Below the pieces are notes generated by a model. The model was not told where the DNA came from, did not search any database, and saw nothing but the letters and a program-made list of their open reading frames with translations. The position numbers and the translations under genes were made by a program. A stretch of DNA of 64,000 nucleotides from an uncultured Candidatus Binatia bacterium (lineage in GTDB: Bacteria > Desulfobacterota > Binatia > Bin18). The stretch covers positions 3,584,001 through 3,648,000 of the forward strand of contig OZ243961.1 of assembly GCA_965214605.1 (NCBI GenBank), read 5' to 3'. Positions 61,443 to 64,000 of the stretch are shown here, one piece after another; position 1 is the stretch's first letter, and the number at the start of each line of letters is the position of its first letter.

Positions 61443-62654
61443 CTATGGCGCTTGCTCAAACGGTCCGGGTAGATCGAGTTCCTGACCCATTTCCCTGATC
61501 GCTGGCAGCACTGCTTTTTCCATCAGCTGCAGGCAACGCATGGTGTCCGGGTGGCTAATTGTGCCGTCATTAGTCCATACGCCTAGGATACCGGGTCGGA
61601 CCTCGGATAGCATACGGCGGATTTTTTTGATAACCGTGTCCGGACTGCCGACGATGACCCGGTTACTCTCGACCACCTTGTCCCAGCCCGCCGCGTCAAC
61701 CCCGCCGTACAAGGGGTCTGGACGCAGCGAGTGTTTGTACTGCTCGATCAGTCGCCGAGTACCCTCACGCGAGTTGTAGCCCGGCGGTGCCATAAAATCT
61801 CCGGGGAGCGGTACACGACCGACGCCCGCGTTGCCGACCAAAAATCCCTCGCCAACCTCATAGGCTTTTTCGTCCGTGTCCTGAACATGAATCCGCACCA
61901 GATAGCCAAAGTTTTGCGGCCCCGGAGTATAGCCGACCTCGGCCGCGGCCTGGGTATAAATTGCCATCATATCCAGGGTGACCTGGGGATCGGTCTCGAG
62001 ATAGACGTACGGATAGTGATGCTGGGCACACCACACCAGGGTCTCGGGACTGCCGACGCCCGGAATCCAGATCGGCGGGTGAGGATCCTGGAGGGGGCGC
62101 TCAAAGGGGTTGACGACTCGGAACTGATAGTGCTTGCCCTCCCAGCGAAAGGGACCCGGCGTGGTCCAGGTCTTAATAACCAGATCGTGGGCCTCTTGGA
62201 AGCGTTCGCGATTGTAGGCCGGGTTGGTGTTGGTCGCCCAGCTCTCAATGCCGGTGCCGCGCACAAAGCCGGAGATCAAACGCCCGCGCGAGATCATGTC
62301 GATCTCGGCCAACTCCTCGGCCAGCCGAATCGGGTTATCAAAAATCGGCAGAGGATTGCCCAACAGCACGATCTTGGCGTGTTTGGTCGTACGGGCCAGA
62401 ATCGCGGCCTCCAAGTTCATGGCAGCACCCATACACGTCGGCGTATTGTGGTGCTCGTTGAGCATCAAGCCGTCAAAGCCAATCTCGTCCGCATATTCGT
62501 ACTCGTCGAGATACTCGTTATACATGTCCGAGCCAAGGCTGGGATTGAAGTGAGAGTTAGGAAAGGTCAGACGTACGGAACTGCGAAAGCTATTCCGTAC
62601 GTCCTCCGCGCTGTATGCCACATAGGCGCGTTCGGTAAACCGCATTAGAAACAT
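61443..62654 (-). CDS. LLM-class flavin-dependent oxidoreductase
   Basis: GFDG..LNEHH, NPIRLAEELA.IDMIS.GR, PLQ.PHPPIWIPG. Confidence 0.92.
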   Translation of the reverse strand: MFLMRFTERAYVAYSAEDVRNSFRSSVRLTFPNSHFNPSLGSDMYNEYLDEYEYADEIGFDGLMLNEHHNTPTCMGAAMNLEAAILARTTKHAKIVLLGNPLPIFDNPIRLAEELAEIDMISRGRLISGFVRGTGIESWATNTNPAYNRERFQEAHDLVIKTWTTPGPFRWEGKHYQFRVVNPFERPLQDPHPPIWIPGVGSPETLVWCAQHHYPYVYLETDPQVTLDMMAIYTQAAAEVGYTPGPQNFGYLVRIHVQDTDEKAYEVGEGFLVGNAGVGRVPLPGDFMAPPGYNSREGTRRLIEQYKHSLRPDPLYGGVDAAGWDKVVESNRVIVGSPDTVIKKIRRMLSEVRPGILGVWTNDGTISHPDTMRCLQLMEKAVLPAIREMGQELDLPGPFEQAP

Positions 62655-62847
62655 GGCTGGCCTCCTCCTTGTGCTCAAGACAGACGCTGCTCTCTTCCAT
62701 GATGAGGTGGAACAGCGGCCCACCCTGCCCGGACACTACCCCGGGGGTGGCCACATGGCAAGAACACATCTGAGCACTCTACTTTTGGTCGGCGGGAAAT
62801 GCTACACTCAATGGCCCTAAAACGGGTTACACAGAAAGGAAGAGAGC

Positions 62848-64000
62848 ATGAAAGACGGTTTCCGGGTAATCGATAGCGATCTGCATGTGATTGAAACGGG
62901 TGACGTCTACGAGCACTATTTTGACGAAAAATACCGCGACCAGCGGCCCAAGTATCTGGGCTGGAGTCCGACCAATTTTCCCCATTGGCAGGTCCAGGGT
63001 CAGCTGATTCCGCCCTGGGCGCGATCCGAAGACGTGATTGGACCGCAGAAATTTCTCGACGCACCGACCGAGGAGCTGTACCGCCCTGTGCGCGAACGCA
63101 AATACGAAGCGAGCGCAACGCTTGAGGCGATGGACGCTGAGGGTATTGATATCGGTGTGGTGTACCGGACGTTTGCCCATATGGTGGTGTCGATTGACGA
63201 TCTTGAGCCGGAGTACGCCGCGGCCTGCTGCGCAGCCTTTAACGACTGGTTGGCCGATTACTGTCAGACTAATCCCCGTCGCCTCAAGCCAGCCGCCATC
63301 GTATCTTTGCACGATCCCGAACTGGCCGCAGCCGAGGCCCAGCGTGCGGTTGAGCAAAAAGGCCATGTCGGTGTGATCCTGCTGCCTATGCCGGTCAACG
63401 GCCGGTATTTCAACGCGCTGGAGTGCGATGTGCTGTGGCAAGAGATCTGCCGTTTAAACGTTCCCCTGGCATTTCACGGTACCAGCGGCGGGGCGTCAAG
63501 AGATTACGCCAGCAATCGCTTTCGGGGTCATCCCAACTTTCGGACCCTCAACCACTCATCGGCCTTTCCGATGGAGCTGATGCTCGCGCTCGGGGCGATG
63601 ACCGTGGGCGGGGTGTTAGAGCGGTTTCCCAGTCTGCGGGTCGGCTTCTTGGAGGGAAATTGCGGTTGGCTGCCGTGGTGGTTGAATCGACTCGACGATC
63701 AGTGGAAAAAATATGGGGGCGGCGAATCGGTCAAGCTGCCGGCTCTGCCCAGCGAATATTTTAAGCGCCAGTGTTTTGTCGGCACCGATGTAGACGAAGA
63801 CTTGCTCGGAGTTGTGGTGGACGAAATTGGTGACGACAACGTCGTCATGTCAGTCGATTACCCTCACGCTGACGGACCCTTTCCCAACGGGATTCACACC
63901 TTTCTTCAAGAACACCCCCGAGTCAGCAAGGAGTCCAAGCGCAAAATTATGTGGGATAACTGTATCAAGCTGTACGGGTTCTCAGAGCAGGAGTTGGCTG
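62848..64000 (+). CDS. Amidohydrolase-2 family protein (runs off the window; absent from the ORF track)
   Basis: ATG 62848 after AAGGAAG; MKDGFRVIDSDLHV, AFNDWL, AFHG, FLEGNCGW, SVDYPHAD, IMWDN..KLY; no stop before 64000. Confidence 0.9.
   Translation, partial: MKDGFRVIDSDLHVIETGDVYEHYFDEKYRDQRPKYLGWSPTNFPHWQVQGQLIPPWARSEDVIGPQKFLDAPTEELYRPVRERKYEASATLEAMDAEGIDIGVVYRTFAHMVVSIDDLEPEYAAACCAAFNDWLADYCQTNPRRLKPAAIVSLHDPELAAAEAQRAVEQKGHVGVILLPMPVNGRYFNALECDVLWQEICRLNVPLAFHGTSGGASRDYASNRFRGHPNFRTLNHSSAFPMELMLALGAMTVGGVLERFPSLRVGFLEGNCGWLPWWLNRLDDQWKKYGGGESVKLPALPSEYFKRQCFVGTDVDEDLLGVVVDEIGDDNVVMSVDYPHADGPFPNGIHTFLQEHPRVSKESKRKIMWDNCIKLYGFSEQELA

Noticed and set aside
61731-62648. 305-aa plus-strand ORF (similarly 28143-29009, 35124-35789, 7859-8521)
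   Set aside because: Antisense to well-supported genes, no motifs; typical of high-GC DNA
62827-63441. 204-aa minus-strand ORF in the track
   Set aside because: Antisense shadow of the + strand amidohydrolase, which the track missed because it has no stop in the window

Overview
GC-rich bacterial chromosomal window. The gene content (Deltaproteobacteria-style ffh-rpsP-khpA-rimM-trmD-MTase-rplS cluster, several LLM/amidohydrolase/acyl-CoA enzymes, a DUF1302-like outer-membrane protein) suggests a Binatia/Desulfobacterota-like organism; this is inference. Most of the window is housekeeping and catabolic genes: an Opp/Dpp ABC transporter, trxB, menA, htpX, hisS, tRNA-Sec and selA, glmU-glmS, a PaoABC-like molybdoenzyme and murJ. 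Two loci stand out. (1) A collapsed type I-C CRISPR-Cas locus (58061-60630): cas3 is fused directly to the tail of cas1, with cas5/cas8c/cas7/cas4 missing. The leader-proximal spacer translates to DVKDGNPNGDP, the signature N-terminal motif of Cas7c, so the array appears to target the gene that was deleted. (2) A tightly coupled 7-gene operon (4216-11013) built around a GlmL/MutL-type ASKHA ATPase and four uncharacterised membrane proteins, with no B12 mutase in the window. It is a candidate undescribed ATP-driven membrane machine. Also seen: a probable pseudo-enzyme TrpC paralogue, a Cys-less AbfD/HpaB-family flavoprotein, a structured-RNA candidate, and decayed antitoxin and helicase remnants. 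All family assignments come from motif recognition, not database searches.
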